Assembly (NCBI GenBank): GCA_031553225.1
Contig: JAVBLU010000042.1
Coordinates: 5,578-69,577 of the forward strand
Reading direction: 5' to 3'
Length of the DNA stretch: 64,000 nt
Source: Eubacteriales bacterium
GTDB taxonomy: Bacteria; Bacillota; Clostridia; Christensenellales; UBA1750
In this document: piece by piece, positions 24,895 through 34,839 of the stretch
Position numbering within the stretch: position 1 is the first letter of the stretch
Layout of the letters: each line of letters starts with the position of its first letter
Translations under genes and position numbers: made by a program
Notes under the pieces: generated by a model
The model's input: only the letters and a program-made list of their open reading frames with translations
Database searches by the model: none
Told to the model about the DNA's origin: nothing

Positions 24895-26376
24895 ATGGAG
24901 CGATACCCGTACCAAAAAGGCGCGTATGAAGCCAGCTTTGAAAGCCTGCAGACTTACGCCTGCCCGGACTGGTTCCGCGACGCCAAGTTTGGCGTCTGGA
25001 GCCACTGGGGCCCGCAGTCCGTGCCCATGTACGGCGACTGGTACGCCCGGCGGATGTACGTTGAAGGTTCCGATCAATACCGCTACCACCTGCGGCATTA
25101 CGGCCACCCGTCCCGGTTCGGCTACAAGGATCTGGCCGCGCTGTGGAAGGCGGAGAACTTCGACCCGGACGGCCTGATGGCGCGTTACAAGGCCGCCGGA
25201 GCGCGGTATTTTATGGGCCAGTGCATGCACCACGACCACTTCTTCAACTACCCCTCCCGCGTGAACGCCTTCAACAGCGCGAACGTGGGCCCGCACAAGG
25301 ACATCTGCGGCCTTTGGAAGGCCGCCGCCGACAAACAGGGGCTGCGCTTCGGCCTGAGCGAGCACCTGGGCGCGACGTATGTGTGGTGGTCCACAAACAA
25401 GGGCGCAGACGTGCAGGGCCCTTACGCGGGCGTGCCCTACGACGGCTCCGACCCCGCCAATGCCGACATCTACCTGCGCAACCGCGAGCACTATCGCCCC
25501 CTGCCGGAGGGCGAGGCGGCGCAGCCCTGGTACACGCAAAACGAGGACTGGCACCGTTACTGGCACAGCGCCATCACCGAGGTGATCGACCGCTACGCCC
25601 CGGACCTGCTGTACTCCGACGGCCCGCTGCCCTTCGGCGCGCGCGGCGAGTCGCAGCCCGGCGACGCGGCGTTTTCCGCGGGGCTGTCGGCCGTGGCGCA
25701 CCTGTACAACGCCTCCTGCGCCCGAAACGGCAGCAACCAGGCCGTATACCTGCAAAAGGACCGCCGGCCCCAGATTTACAGCGTAGGCGTGCTGGACATA
25801 GAAAAAAGCCAGCTGCCAGGGATAGCCGAGCAGCCATGGCACACGGACACGTGCATCGGCAACTGGTTTTACGACGTGCGGCAGGTGTACAAGAAAGGCC
25901 ACCACGTGGCGGAAATGCTCGTGGACATCATCGCCAAGAACGGCTGCATGCTGCTCAACATTCTGCAAAAGCCCGACGGATCCATCGACGAGGAAGCCGC
26001 TTTTCTGTTAAAACAGCTGACGGTCTGGTTTGCGGCCAACGGCGAGGGCGTGTACGGCACGCGGCCCTTCCGCGTGTTCGGCGAGGGCCCCTCGCAGGTG
26101 GCCATCCAGGGCTACAAGGAGGACGCTGTGCCCTGGACGGATGCAGACATACGCTTTACGGCCAAGGGCAAGGCGGTGTACGCTTTCTTAATGCGCGCCC
26201 CGCAGAACGGCGTGGCCGTTATCAAAAGTCTTCTGCCAACGCAGAGGGTGGCCGCGGTGTCCCTTCTGGGCCATGGGCCGGTCCCCTTCGTTCAGGCCTT
26301 CGGCCCGGTCAGCGCGCAGCTGCCCTCGGCTTTGCCCGCGCCCTTCGTGCCCTGCCTAAAAATCGAGCTTGAGTAA
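24895..26376 (+). CDS. Alpha-L-fucosidase (GH29-like)
   Basis: PDWFRDAKFGVWSHWGPQSVPMYGDWYARRMY...YKAAGARYFMGQCMHHDHFFNYPS...GLRFGLSEHLG matches the GH29 N-terminal catalytic pattern. Confidence 0.82.
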   Translation: MERYPYQKGAYEASFESLQTYACPDWFRDAKFGVWSHWGPQSVPMYGDWYARRMYVEGSDQYRYHLRHYGHPSRFGYKDLAALWKAENFDPDGLMARYKAAGARYFMGQCMHHDHFFNYPSRVNAFNSANVGPHKDICGLWKAAADKQGLRFGLSEHLGATYVWWSTNKGADVQGPYAGVPYDGSDPANADIYLRNREHYRPLPEGEAAQPWYTQNEDWHRYWHSAITEVIDRYAPDLLYSDGPLPFGARGESQPGDAAFSAGLSAVAHLYNASCARNGSNQAVYLQKDRRPQIYSVGVLDIEKSQLPGIAEQPWHTDTCIGNWFYDVRQVYKKGHHVAEMLVDIIAKNGCMLLNILQKPDGSIDEEAAFLLKQLTVWFAANGEGVYGTRPFRVFGEGPSQVAIQGYKEDAVPWTDADIRFTAKGKAVYAFLMRAPQNGVAVIKSLLPTQRVAAVSLLGHGPVPFVQAFGPVSAQLPSALPAPFVPCLKIELE

Positions 26377-26465
26377 TTTGTTTTTGCTGTTTCATCTCGC
26401 GCTGCGCGCGGTATATATCAGCACGACGGACATGAACGACATGAATCCTTCAGGAGGTTGTACAC

Positions 26466-27011
26466 ATGAAAAAGTGGGTTTGCTCGGTTTGCGGCTATGT
26501 GCACGAGGGCCCGGAGGCCCCCGACAAGTGCCCCCAGTGCGGCGCGCCCAAGGCCAAGTTTAACGAAGCGCCCGCCGCGGGCCTGGCCTTCGCCGACGAG
26601 CACCGCATCGGCGTCGCCAAGGACGTGGACGCCCAGGTGCTGCAAGGCCTGCGCGAGAACTTTACCGGCGAGTGCACCGAGGTGGGCATGTATCTGGCCA
26701 TGTCCAGGCAGGCCGACCGCGAGGGCTTCCCCGAGGTGGCCGAGGCCTACAAGCGCATCGCCTTTGAGGAGGCCGAGCACGCCGCCCGCTTTGCGGAGCT
26801 TCTGGGCGAGGTGGTCGCCCCCTCCACCAAAAAGAACCTGGAAATGCGCGTGATGGCCGAGCACGGCGCCACCCAGGGCAAGAAGGACATCGCCACCCGC
26901 GCCAAGGAGCTGGGCCTGGACGCTATCCACGACACGGTGCATGAGATGGCCAAGGACGAGGCGCGCCACGGCAAGGCCTTCCAAGGGCTGCTGGAGCGTT
27001 ACTTCAAGTAA
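26466..27011 (+). CDS. Reverse rubrerythrin (N-terminal rubredoxin-like Cys4 plus ferritin-like diiron domain)
   Basis: [10 protein letters not shown]...CPQCGAP at the N-terminus, then diiron ExxH motifs ([20 protein letters not shown]). SD is AGGAGG. Confidence 0.9.
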   Translation: MKKWVCSVCGYVHEGPEAPDKCPQCGAPKAKFNEAPAAGLAFADEHRIGVAKDVDAQVLQGLRENFTGECTEVGMYLAMSRQADREGFPEVAEAYKRIAFEEAEHAARFAELLGEVVAPSTKKNLEMRVMAEHGATQGKKDIATRAKELGLDAIHDTVHEMAKDEARHGKAFQGLLERYFK

Positions 27012-27047
27012 ACCGCCCCTGGACGGACGCCGCCCCTGCGCCAATAA

Positions 27048-27083
27048 GGAGCCCTGGTCGCTGAAGCGCCCAGGGCTCTTTCG
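27048..27083. terminator. Bidirectional hairpin terminator between the convergent rubrerythrin and ECF-S genes
   Basis: GAGCCCTGG-12 nt loop-CCAGGGCTC, followed by TTT on the plus strand and CTTATT on the minus strand. Confidence 0.55.
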
Positions 27084-27091
27084 TATGGGGC

Positions 27092-27637
27092 CTACGCCTT
27101 CGGGGGTGTTTTCTGCGCAAAGCGCGCAAGCACAAGCGCAAGCGCGGGCAAAACGGCCAGCTGCGCGGCGATGCCCGGCAGGGCGCGCACGAAGGAGGCG
27201 GCAAGCCAGGCCTGCAGGGAGTAGCGGCCGGCCTGAAAAAACAAAGCGTTGACGGCGCCGGCCGCCAGGCGCCCGGCGAGCATTGCGGCAACCAGGGCGA
27301 TGTACAGGCGCGCAAGGCTTGGCAGCGAAGGCGCGCGGCGGGCAATCAAGCGCGGGAGGAGCCCTGCGACCAAGCCGTACACGGCCAGCTCGCAGGTCAT
27401 GGCAGGCAGGATGGCCATGGGCGGCATGCCGGTGATCAGGCAGGACATGAGCGGCGCGAGCAGACCGCAGGCAAAGCCGAGGGGGGCGCCGAGCAGCAGA
27501 CCGCACAGCAGAACGGGCAGGTGCATGGGCAAAAAGACGCCGCCGGCGTTGGGAACCGCGTGAAAAGCCATGGGCAGCGCCACGGCAAGGGCCAGAAACA
27601 GGGCGGCAAGCACCAGGCTGCGTACATCGGTCTTCAT
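27092..27637 (-). CDS. ECF-transporter S-component-like membrane protein (substrate unknown)
   Basis: ORF 27092..27772 trimmed to MKTDVRSLVLAALFLALAVALP... (181 aa, about 5-6 TM helices; VFLPMHLPVLLCGLLLGAPLGFACGLL). SD is GGAGGAG. No EcfA or EcfT genes lie nearby. Confidence 0.65.
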   Translation of the reverse strand: MKTDVRSLVLAALFLALAVALPMAFHAVPNAGGVFLPMHLPVLLCGLLLGAPLGFACGLLAPLMSCLITGMPPMAILPAMTCELAVYGLVAGLLPRLIARRAPSLPSLARLYIALVAAMLAGRLAAGAVNALFFQAGRYSLQAWLAASFVRALPGIAAQLAVLPALALVLARFAQKTPPKA

Positions 27638-27790
27638 GGGCGTACTCCTCCGCAACAAAAAAAATAGAAGCCCCGGCCGTCCCGCCTGCGGCGGAACAAA
27701 AGCCTTCATGGCTTCGTAATGCACTGGATTGAAGGAAACTGCGGGCCTGCGTCCACCTTCATGGCGGATCATGAGTGACAGTATACCACC
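27638..27790 (-). promoter_or_regulatory. Promoter (TTGCGC-18-TGgTATACT) plus a leader of about 145 nt ending in a hairpin and U8 tract; candidate unclassified riboswitch/attenuator
   Basis: The reverse strand reads ...GAAGCCatgaaggcttttgttCCGCCgcaGGCGGgacggccggGGCTTCtaTTTTTTTTg, directly before the SD and ATG of the ECF-S gene. Confidence 0.35.
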
Positions 27791-27815
27791 AAAAAGGGGG
27801 CCGGCGCAAGTGCGC

Positions 27816-28238
27816 TCAGCCCTCGTCCGCCAGAAGAAGGGTTTGCGCCACCGCGCGGCTGATCAGCTCCGACACGGGCATATCCGACAATCCAACCACA
27901 AAATGGTTGCAGCGGTTGACGGGCAGCAGCACCTTGGCCGCGGCGCATTGACCCACAGCCACGGCCATGGCGGGGGTTATCTCCCCCACCAGGGAATCGG
28001 CGATGACGATGCCGATGGGCCCCACGATCACGTCGGCGTTTCGGCTGTTGGCCACGATGGCGTTCTCGCCCGTGGCGGAGTGGTCCGCGCCCGCCTTCAG
28101 CATGGCCATGGTGGCCACGCTGTTCGTGCCCAGGCCAAACACCTCGAAGGGGCGGTCCTGGCCCTTCAGTCCGGCGATGATCATGGCCCCCAGCCGCCCG
28201 CCCTGCCCGTCGATGACGATGACCTTACGCTTTGGCAC
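27816..28238 (-). CDS. DUF3842-family protein
   Basis: 140 aa. VIVIDGQGGRLGAMII...GLGTNSVATMAMLKAGADHSATGENAIVANSRNADVIVGPIGIVIADSLVGEITPAMA matches my recollection of DUF3842; this is unverified. GTG start with a GAGGAGG SD. Confidence 0.65.
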   Translation of the reverse strand: MPKRKVIVIDGQGGRLGAMIIAGLKGQDRPFEVFGLGTNSVATMAMLKAGADHSATGENAIVANSRNADVIVGPIGIVIADSLVGEITPAMAVAVGQCAAAKVLLPVNRCNHFVVGLSDMPVSELISRAVAQTLLLADEG

Positions 28239-28268
28239 GCAGGCCGCCTCCTCACAGCGTTGTTCGCG

Positions 28269-28496
28269 TTAGCGCAGCACGCGCAGCAGCACCCAGATGA
28301 GCACGCCGAATATGGCCGCCACGGCAAGCACCCAGGGCAAAACCACCTGCAGCATGGCGATGGCGATGGCCAAAACGTCCTTCCAGTCCGGCGCAAGGGG
28401 AGGCGGCACCGGGGCCTCGCTGTCGGCCGGTGGCTCGCCCGGCGGCGGCGGAAGGCTGGGCGCGCCGTTTCTATGTAAGCCGCGAAAGAAGGGCAC
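28269..28496 (-). CDS. Small Pro-rich protein with a C-terminal hydrophobic hairpin (hypothetical membrane protein)
   Basis: 75 aa. GTG start 9 nt after AGGGGGA. High third-position G+C. C-terminal sequence is VLAIAIAMLQVVLPWVLAVAAIFGVLIWVLLRVL. Confidence 0.5.
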   Translation of the reverse strand: MPFFRGLHRNGAPSLPPPPGEPPADSEAPVPPPLAPDWKDVLAIAIAMLQVVLPWVLAVAAIFGVLIWVLLRVLR

Positions 28497-28510
28497 TGCG
28501 TTTCATCCCC

Positions 28511-29515
28511 CTACGCGGGCTGCACGGCCGCGCCGCCCGGATCGGCCGACGTGGCCAGGTGACAGGCCACCTGGTGCCCGTCGCCGATGTCCGTCAGGGG
28601 CGGCTCCTCCAGCGTGCAGCGCTCGGTTTTGAGGGGGCAGCGCGTGTGAAAGCGGCAGCCCGCAGGCGGTTTGGCGGGTGAAGGGATGTCGCCCTGCAGC
28701 AGGATCACCCTGCGCTTGGCGGTTGGATCTGGCACGGGCGCAGCGGAGAGCAGCGCCTGGGTGTAGGGGTGCAGCGGCCGCTTGTACAGCTGCTCGCGGT
28801 CCGCCACCTCCACGATCTTGCCCAGATACATGACCCCAACGCGCCGTGAGATGTGCTCCACAACCGACAAATCGTGCGAGATGAACAGATAGGAGAACCC
28901 GCGCTGCTTTTGCAGGTCGGTCAGCAGGTTGATGATCTGCGACTGGATGGACACATCCAGCGCGGACACCGGCTCGTCGCATACGATGAAGTCCGGGTCC
29001 AGGGCCAGGGCGCGGGCGATGCCGATGCGTTGGCGCTGCCCGCCGGAGAACTCGTGCGGGTAGCGGTCGATCACGTAGGAGGGAAGCGAGCAGGCGTCCA
29101 TGGTGGCGCGCACCTTCTTGAGCATGCCCGCCCGGTCGCACAGGCCGTGGTCCAGCAGCGCCTCGCCGATCGCCTGGCCGATGGGCAGGCGCGGGTTCAG
29201 CGAGGAATACGGGTCCTGGAAGACGATCTGCATGCGCGGCCGCAGGGCGCGCAAATCGCGCCGTGGGAGGGCGTGTACGTCTTTTCCGTCGAAAACCACG
29301 CGCCCGCCCGTGCGCTCGTATAGGCGCAGCAGCGTGCGCCCTACGGTGGATTTGCCGCAGCCCGATTCGCCCACAAGCCCCATCGTTTCCCCTTTGTTGA
29401 TGGTGAAGGACACGCCGTCCACGGCGCGCACATGCCCCACCGTACGCTGCAGAATGCCGCCGCGTATGGGAAAGTACTTCGTCAGGTTCTCAACCACAAG
29501 CAAGGCCTGGCTCAT
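28511..29515 (-). CDS. Opp/Dpp-type ABC transporter ATP-binding protein (OppF-like)
   Basis: Track ORF trimmed to [15 protein letters not shown]... Walker A (GESGCGKST), signature ([15 protein letters not shown]) and C-terminal oligopeptide-type extension (CRFHTRCP). ATGA overlap with the upstream gene. Confidence 0.93.
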   Translation of the reverse strand: MSQALLVVENLTKYFPIRGGILQRTVGHVRAVDGVSFTINKGETMGLVGESGCGKSTVGRTLLRLYERTGGRVVFDGKDVHALPRRDLRALRPRMQIVFQDPYSSLNPRLPIGQAIGEALLDHGLCDRAGMLKKVRATMDACSLPSYVIDRYPHEFSGGQRQRIGIARALALDPDFIVCDEPVSALDVSIQSQIINLLTDLQKQRGFSYLFISHDLSVVEHISRRVGVMYLGKIVEVADREQLYKRPLHPYTQALLSAAPVPDPTAKRRVILLQGDIPSPAKPPAGCRFHTRCPLKTERCTLEEPPLTDIGDGHQVACHLATSADPGGAAVQPA

Positions 29516-30486
29516 GCGCGTCCCTCCTTGCCGCCGTACAGGTAGCACGCCACCCATTGCTCGCCCATCTGAATGAGGGGCGGCACCCCCTGCCGGCATA
29601 CGTCCATGCATCGCTCGCACCGCTCGCAAAAGGCGCACTGCTCGGGCAGGTTGATGGGGCTGGGCACCTGGCCGGGGATGGAATACAGCCGTTCCTGCGC
29701 GCGCCCCACGACGGGCTTGGAACGCAGCAGGCCCTGCGTGTACGGGTGAAGCGGGTTTTCGTACAGGGGCAGCACGGGGCTTCGCTCGATGACGCGCCCG
29801 CAGTACATCACGCATACATACTGGGCCATCTCGGCCACAACGCCCAGGTCGTGCGTGATGAGGATGATGGCGGTGCCCAGCCGCTCCTTCACGTCGCGCA
29901 TCAGGTTGAGGATCTGCGCCTGAATGGTGACGTCCAGGGCCGTAGTCGGCTCGTCGGCGATGAGCAGGCGCGGGTTGCACGCCAGCGCCATGGCGATCAT
30001 CACCCTTTGGCGCATGCCGCCGGAGAGTTCGTGCGGATAGGAATGCGCCACGCGCTCGGGGTTGGGAATGCCCACCGAGGCGATGAGCTCCACCGCGCGC
30101 GCATACGCCTCGCGCTCGCCGCGGCCCTCGTGCAGCGTCAAGGATTCGGCGATCTGCTGCCCGGCGGTAAACACCGGGTTCAGCGAGGTCATGGGCTCCT
30201 GGAAGATCATGGCGATGTCCTTGCCGTTGATGCGGCGCATCTGAGCGTCCGACAGGCGCGTGATGTCCTTGCCGTCGAACTCGATGGTGCCCTCCACGAT
30301 GCGGCCGGGGTTTTGCAGCAGGTGCATCAGCGACAGCGCGGTGACGGACTTGCCGCAGCCCGACTCGCCCACCACGGCCACGGTCTGCCCTTCCTCCACG
30401 TCGAAGGAGACGCCGTTGACGGCCTTCACCACGCCGCCGTCGGTGTAAAAATACGTGTGCAGGTTGCGAAAGGATACCAGCGGCAT
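29512..30486 (-). CDS. Opp/Dpp-type ABC transporter ATP-binding protein (OppD-like)
   Basis: [30 protein letters not shown], and C-terminal [10 protein letters not shown]. Confidence 0.93.
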   Translation of the reverse strand: MPLVSFRNLHTYFYTDGGVVKAVNGVSFDVEEGQTVAVVGESGCGKSVTALSLMHLLQNPGRIVEGTIEFDGKDITRLSDAQMRRINGKDIAMIFQEPMTSLNPVFTAGQQIAESLTLHEGRGEREAYARAVELIASVGIPNPERVAHSYPHELSGGMRQRVMIAMALACNPRLLIADEPTTALDVTIQAQILNLMRDVKERLGTAIILITHDLGVVAEMAQYVCVMYCGRVIERSPVLPLYENPLHPYTQGLLRSKPVVGRAQERLYSIPGQVPSPINLPEQCAFCERCERCMDVCRQGVPPLIQMGEQWVACYLYGGKEGRA

Positions 30487-30501
30487 ACCGCAGCGCCTCC
30501 T

Positions 30502-31419
30502 CTACCGCTTCATCTTCGGGTCCAGCGCGTCGCGCAGGCCGTCGCCCAGCAGGTTAATGGACATGACCGTGATAAAGATGCACAGCCCGGCGGGGATCCA
30601 CATCCACGGCCGCTTCTGCAGATCCGGGAAGCTGTTGACCGCCTGAATCATGTTGCCCCAGCTCGGGTAGGGCATCGCCACGCCCATCCCCAGATAGGAC
30701 AGCGCCGATTCCGTCAGGATCGCCCCGCCGATGCCCAGCGTGGCCGACACGATGAGCTGCGGCACAACGTTTGGGATCAGGTGGCGGAAGATCTTGCGGA
30801 AATCACGCAGGCCAAGCGCTTCGGCGGCCAGCATAAACTCCTGCTCGCGCAGCGCCAGAATCTGCCCGCGCACCATGCGCGCCGTGCCCGGCCAGCCAAG
30901 CGCTCCCAAAACGAGCATCAGGAAGTAGATGCGGTTCTCGGGCGGCACCTTCATGTCGGACAGCACGGCCGTTAGCAACAGCAGCACCGGAATGGTGGGA
31001 ATGCAGAAGAGCACGTCCACAAAGCGCATGAGAAACCCGTCCACCGCGCCCCCGTAGTACCCCGCCGCGCCGCCCACCATGCAGGCGATGGTGATGGACA
31101 CCGCCACGACCACAAGCCCCACGGTGAGGGAGATGCGCCCGCCGTACATCAGCCGCGTGAGTACATCGCGGCCGATTGCGTCGGTGCCCAGCCAGTGCTG
31201 GGCGGAGGGCGCGTTCTTCACGCTCTTCAGGTCCGTGGTGATCAGGTCGTAGGGGGAAAACAGCGGCCCCAGAAAACAGAACAGGAACATGAACGCCAGC
31301 ACAAACAGGCCCACAAGCGCCAGCTTGTTGCGGCGCAGGCGTTTCACGGCCAGCGTCCAGGGCGTTTGGATGCGCTCTTTGGGGCGCCGGGCGGCGGCGA
31401 CGGTCGCGTCCTGGCTCAT
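30502..31419 (-). CDS. Opp/Dpp-type ABC transporter permease (OppC-like)
   Basis: 305-aa polytopic ORF with an N-terminal OppC-type segment ([18 protein letters not shown]) and an EAA-like loop ([24 protein letters not shown]). Confidence 0.92.
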   Translation of the reverse strand: MSQDATVAAARRPKERIQTPWTLAVKRLRRNKLALVGLFVLAFMFLFCFLGPLFSPYDLITTDLKSVKNAPSAQHWLGTDAIGRDVLTRLMYGGRISLTVGLVVVAVSITIACMVGGAAGYYGGAVDGFLMRFVDVLFCIPTIPVLLLLTAVLSDMKVPPENRIYFLMLVLGALGWPGTARMVRGQILALREQEFMLAAEALGLRDFRKIFRHLIPNVVPQLIVSATLGIGGAILTESALSYLGMGVAMPYPSWGNMIQAVNSFPDLQKRPWMWIPAGLCIFITVMSINLLGDGLRDALDPKMKR

Positions 31420-31432
31420 ATCCGGTCCCTCC

Positions 31433-32401
31433 TTACTTCAGCTGAATGCGCGGATCTACGAGCGAGTAGGCGAGATCCGCAAACAGGCTCGACAAGAGGG
31501 TGAGCACGGCCAGAAACATGTTAAACCCCATGATGAGCGGGTAATCGCGTTTTGATACGGCCTCCAGCGCCACCTTGCCGATGCCCGGCCAGGCAAACAC
31601 GCGCTCGGTGATGATGGCCCCGGAGAACAGCCCGGGCAGCGACATGCCGATGATCGTCACGATGGGGATGAGCGCGTTGCGCAGCGCGTGCCGGTAGATG
31701 ACCACGCGCTCGCGCACGCCCTTGGCGCGAGCCGTGCGGATGTAGTCCTGCCGGATGACCTCCAGCATGGCCGTGCGCGAGTAGCGCATGAGCGACCCGA
31801 TGCCAAGCAGCGCCAGCACGATGAGGGGCATGATCATGTGCTTGCCCACATCCAGCACGTGCGTCAGGCCCGCAAGCTCCACGCCGGGGGTTACCATGCC
31901 CGACAGGGGAAGCCATTTGTGGTCCAGCGCCATAAACTTGATGAGCATCAGGCCGATGAAAAAGGCTGGCATGGCCAGCCCGATGAGGGCGAACACGGTG
32001 AAGATCATGTCGAAGCGGCTGTACTGCCGGGTGGCGGACACAACGCCGATGGGCACGGCGATGATCACCTGAATGACGAAGGCGAACACGGCCAGCAAAA
32101 AGGAGTTCCACACGAAGGAGTTGATGACGGACGTCACCGGGCGCATGTACGTGAAGGACAGCCCCAAATCTCCGCGCAGGGCGTTGCCCAGCCAGATGAA
32201 ATAGCGGATGAGCATGGGCCTGTCGTACCCGTACAGGGCCTTTAGCTGGGCAATCTTCGCGGCCGTCATTTCCGGGCTTGCGTTGGCGTCGATGAAGTCG
32301 CCCGGCACAAGGGCGATGAGGATGAAGAGAATCAGCGACACGCCAAACAGAATGGGGATCATCTGCAGGAGACGGCGCGCGATGTATTTGAGCTTGCCCA
32401 T
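31433..32401 (-). CDS. Opp/Dpp-type ABC transporter permease (OppB-like)
   Basis: Track ORF trimmed to MGKLKYIARRLLQMIPILFGVSLILF... EAA loop is DYIRTARAKGVRERVVIYRHALRNALIP. Confidence 0.92.
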   Translation of the reverse strand: MGKLKYIARRLLQMIPILFGVSLILFILIALVPGDFIDANASPEMTAAKIAQLKALYGYDRPMLIRYFIWLGNALRGDLGLSFTYMRPVTSVINSFVWNSFLLAVFAFVIQVIIAVPIGVVSATRQYSRFDMIFTVFALIGLAMPAFFIGLMLIKFMALDHKWLPLSGMVTPGVELAGLTHVLDVGKHMIMPLIVLALLGIGSLMRYSRTAMLEVIRQDYIRTARAKGVRERVVIYRHALRNALIPIVTIIGMSLPGLFSGAIITERVFAWPGIGKVALEAVSKRDYPLIMGFNMFLAVLTLLSSLFADLAYSLVDPRIQLK

Positions 32402-32573
32402 GGCGATCACTCCCACGTTGCTGCGATATAAGTCGGGCCATATAACGTTGCCCGAAAGCGGGCGGACTATTTGCGCCAACGGGCGCCGCGGCATTTTTCT
32501 TGGTTGGCGCGCCCCCAGATAGCAAATCTGGCAGGCGCCGCTTGGGCGGACGCCTGCCAGCGAGAGACGCGCT

Positions 32574-34379
32574 TTATTTGGCCAGTTCGAAGGTGGGGGC
32601 GTTGTACATGAAGAAGCGGTAAGGCGACACGTCAAAATTCTTGACGCGGGCGGATACGCACCACATGTTCGCGCGCTGGTAGACGGGCAGCACGGGCAGA
32701 TCGTTGTTGAGGATCTTGTACAGCTCGCCGTAGTACTCGGCGCGCTTGTCCATGTTCATCTCGGCGCGGGCGGCCTCGTACAGGCGGTCCACCTCGGGGT
32801 TGCCGTAGCGGTAGTAGTTCTGCGAGCCGCCCGTGCGGTACACGTTGGAGCCGGAATCCGGGTCGGCGGAGAGGAGCCAGGCCATGAAGTACATCTGGGC
32901 GGTGCCCTTCTGGGCGCGGTCGCGCAGGGTGGGGAAGTCCACGGTCTCGATGTTGAACTCAACGCCCAGCTGGGTGAGGGAGTCCTTCATCACGGGGGCC
33001 AGGGTGTCCACCACAACGTTGTCCTGGGTGGCGGCAAAGTTGATGACCAGGGGCTTGCCGTCCTTCATGAACTTGCCGGAGGCGTCCTTGGTCCAGCCGG
33101 CCTCGGTGAGCAGCTGGGCGGCCTTGGCCAGGTCGTAGTCGTAGTTGTTCACGTCCTTCACCACGTACGCCCAGGAGACGCGGCTCTCGGGGATGGAGAT
33201 GACGTCGGCCGTGTCGCCATAGATGGTGGCCACAACATCCTTGCGGTTGGTGGCGTAGGCGATGGCCTGGCGGACCTTAACGTCCTGAAGGACCGGGTCG
33301 TCGCAGGTGAAGCCGATGTAGCCGTAGCCGTTGTTGGCGTAGCGGTAGATGTTCACAAAGCCGGCGTCGGCGGCGGTCTGGATGTTGTCGGTGTTCACGG
33401 ACACCTCGGCGATGTCCACGTCGCCGGCCATCAGGGCCTGCAGCTCCTGGCCGCCCGGAACCACCTTGACGATGATCTTGGGGATGACGGGCTTCTGGCC
33501 AAAGTAGTTGTCGTTTACGGAAAGCTCAACGTACTGGCCCTCCACGAACTTGTCGAATTTGTAGGGGCCGTCCAGAAGCGGCACGTTGTTCGCCTTGATG
33601 GCGGACAGGTCGCCGCGCTTGTAGTCCTTCTCGTAGTAGTGCTTGGCCACGGCGCTGAGCGTGCCGTACATGGCGGGCGCGAAGGGGCGCTCCAGGGTAA
33701 CGGTAAAGGTCTTCTCGTCCACGATCTTGACGCCGGCGATGTCGTCGGCCTTGCCGTCGTAGAAGTCCTGAGCGCCCACGATGCCCATGGTGAGCAGGTC
33801 GGTGCTGCCGTCGTAGGACTTGTCAAGCACGCAGCGGGCCCAGAACTCGAAGTCGGCCGAGGTCTGCGGCACGCCGTCGGACCACTTGACGTCCTTGGCG
33901 ATCTTGTAGGTGTAGGTCAGGCCGTCCGCCGAGATGCTCACGTCCAGGTAGCCCTTGCCGGGCTTGCCGTCGTTCTCCACGGGGATGGCCTCCGCCGAGC
34001 AGTAGCGCAGCACGAAGTTGTCGTAGGCGGTGGAAACGTACAGCGGGTTGAACACGCCGTTGAAGTCGCTCGTGCCCACGATGAGGGTGTCCGGGCGGGA
34101 AGCGGCCGCCGCGGGAAGGGAGGCCGGCTGGGCGGCCGTGTACAGGTCGTAGTGGTCCTCGCGCACAAAGCCCATTGAGTCCTTTTCGCCTTGCGGGACG
34201 GGGGTGGCGGCGGCCGTGGCGGCGGGAGCGGCCGTGGCGGCAGCCGTGGCGGCGGGAGCGGCCGTGGCCGGGGCGGGCGTTCCGGGGGTGGGCGTGGTCG
34301 CCGCGGGGGCCGGCTGGCAAGCGCCAAGCAGGCACATGAGGGCGAGCGCCAGTGCGAGCAGAGGTATGCGTTTCTTCAT
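32574..34379 (-). CDS. ABC transporter family-5 (peptide/nickel) substrate-binding lipoprotein
   Basis: [21 protein letters not shown] lipobox, then a Pro/Ala/Thr linker, then an SBP_bac_5-like body. The ATG at 34379 lies 8 nt after AAGGAAAGG. Confidence 0.9.
   Translation of the reverse strand: MKKRIPLLALALALMCLLGACQPAPAATTPTPGTPAPATAAPAATAAATAAPAATAAATPVPQGEKDSMGFVREDHYDLYTAAQPASLPAAAASRPDTLIVGTSDFNGVFNPLYVSTAYDNFVLRYCSAEAIPVENDGKPGKGYLDVSISADGLTYTYKIAKDVKWSDGVPQTSADFEFWARCVLDKSYDGSTDLLTMGIVGAQDFYDGKADDIAGVKIVDEKTFTVTLERPFAPAMYGTLSAVAKHYYEKDYKRGDLSAIKANNVPLLDGPYKFDKFVEGQYVELSVNDNYFGQKPVIPKIIVKVVPGGQELQALMAGDVDIAEVSVNTDNIQTAADAGFVNIYRYANNGYGYIGFTCDDPVLQDVKVRQAIAYATNRKDVVATIYGDTADVISIPESRVSWAYVVKDVNNYDYDLAKAAQLLTEAGWTKDASGKFMKDGKPLVINFAATQDNVVVDTLAPVMKDSLTQLGVEFNIETVDFPTLRDRAQKGTAQMYFMAWLLSADPDSGSNVYRTGGSQNYYRYGNPEVDRLYEAARAEMNMDKRAEYYGELYKILNNDLPVLPVYQRANMWCVSARVKNFDVSPYRFFMYNAPTFELAK
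34206..34265. repeat. 30-nt tandem duplication (29 of 30 identical) inside the SBP linker, encoding [10 protein letters not shown] twice
   Basis: ggcggcGgccgtggcggcgggagcggccgt is followed directly by ggcggcAgccgtggcggcgggagcggccgt. Confidence 0.85.
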
Positions 34380-34450
34380 GTGTGTCACCTTTCCTTACTA
34401 CAAGTCCAGGGCGCATCGCGTTCATGCATATGCGCATGAGCCGCCCCACA

Positions 34451-34479
34451 ACTATATCGGCAATTCGCAAAAAAATCAA
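34451..34479 (-). promoter_or_regulatory. Candidate sigma-A promoter for the opp-like operon
   Basis: The reverse strand reads TTGATT-17 nt-TATAGT in an AT-rich divergent intergenic region. Confidence 0.45.
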
Positions 34480-34582
34480 GTGAAAATACAGACACCTCGA
34501 TCAAATAACTTAATTTTCCCAAAAAAATATGCATCTGAGGCATTCCCATCCGATAATATGTACACACCCTTTTTTCGCCTTC

Positions 34583-34611
34583 TTGACGTGTGCGCGCCGC
34601 CTTGTTATAAT
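34583..34611 (+). promoter_or_regulatory. Sigma-A promoter for the S-box/metK transcript
   Basis: TTGACG-17 nt-TATAAT, about 30 nt upstream of the riboswitch. Confidence 0.6.
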
Positions 34612-34640
34612 GTGGCCACACGATCCGACAACGACATACA

Positions 34641-34812
34641 CCTTATCCCGAGCGGCGGAGGGACGGGCCCTGTGATGCCGCGACAACCGGCCGTTTCGGC
34701 ACGGTGCCAAATCCCGCGGGCGCACGCACGGCGCCCGGCAGATGAGGGGCGCACGCACACGAAGGTGTTCTATGTCCCCGCTTCTGTGAAAGGAGCGGAG
34801 GCTTTTATTTTT
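34641..34812 (+). promoter_or_regulatory. SAM-I (S-box) riboswitch with terminator
   Basis: CTTATCccGAGcGGcGGAGGGAcgGGCCCtgtGAtgCCgcGACAACCGG...GGTGCCAAAtCC...CAGATGAGggg matches the S-box core. This is followed by the hairpin TCCCCGCTTC-tgtgaaa-GGAGCGGAGG and CTTTTATTTTT. Confidence 0.9.
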
Positions 34813-34839
34813 CGGCATATTCGCCGGGGAGGACTGCAC

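Noticed and set aside
24607-25968. 453-aa minus-strand ORF antisense to the fucosidase gene
   Set aside because: The GH29-like plus-strand frame is well supported. The antisense translation is low-complexity.
27638-27790. Tried to assign the ECF-S leader to a known riboswitch class (TPP, FMN, THF, preQ1, cobalamin)
   Set aside because: None of the hallmark conserved cores is visible. I report it only as an unclassified leader/attenuator candidate.
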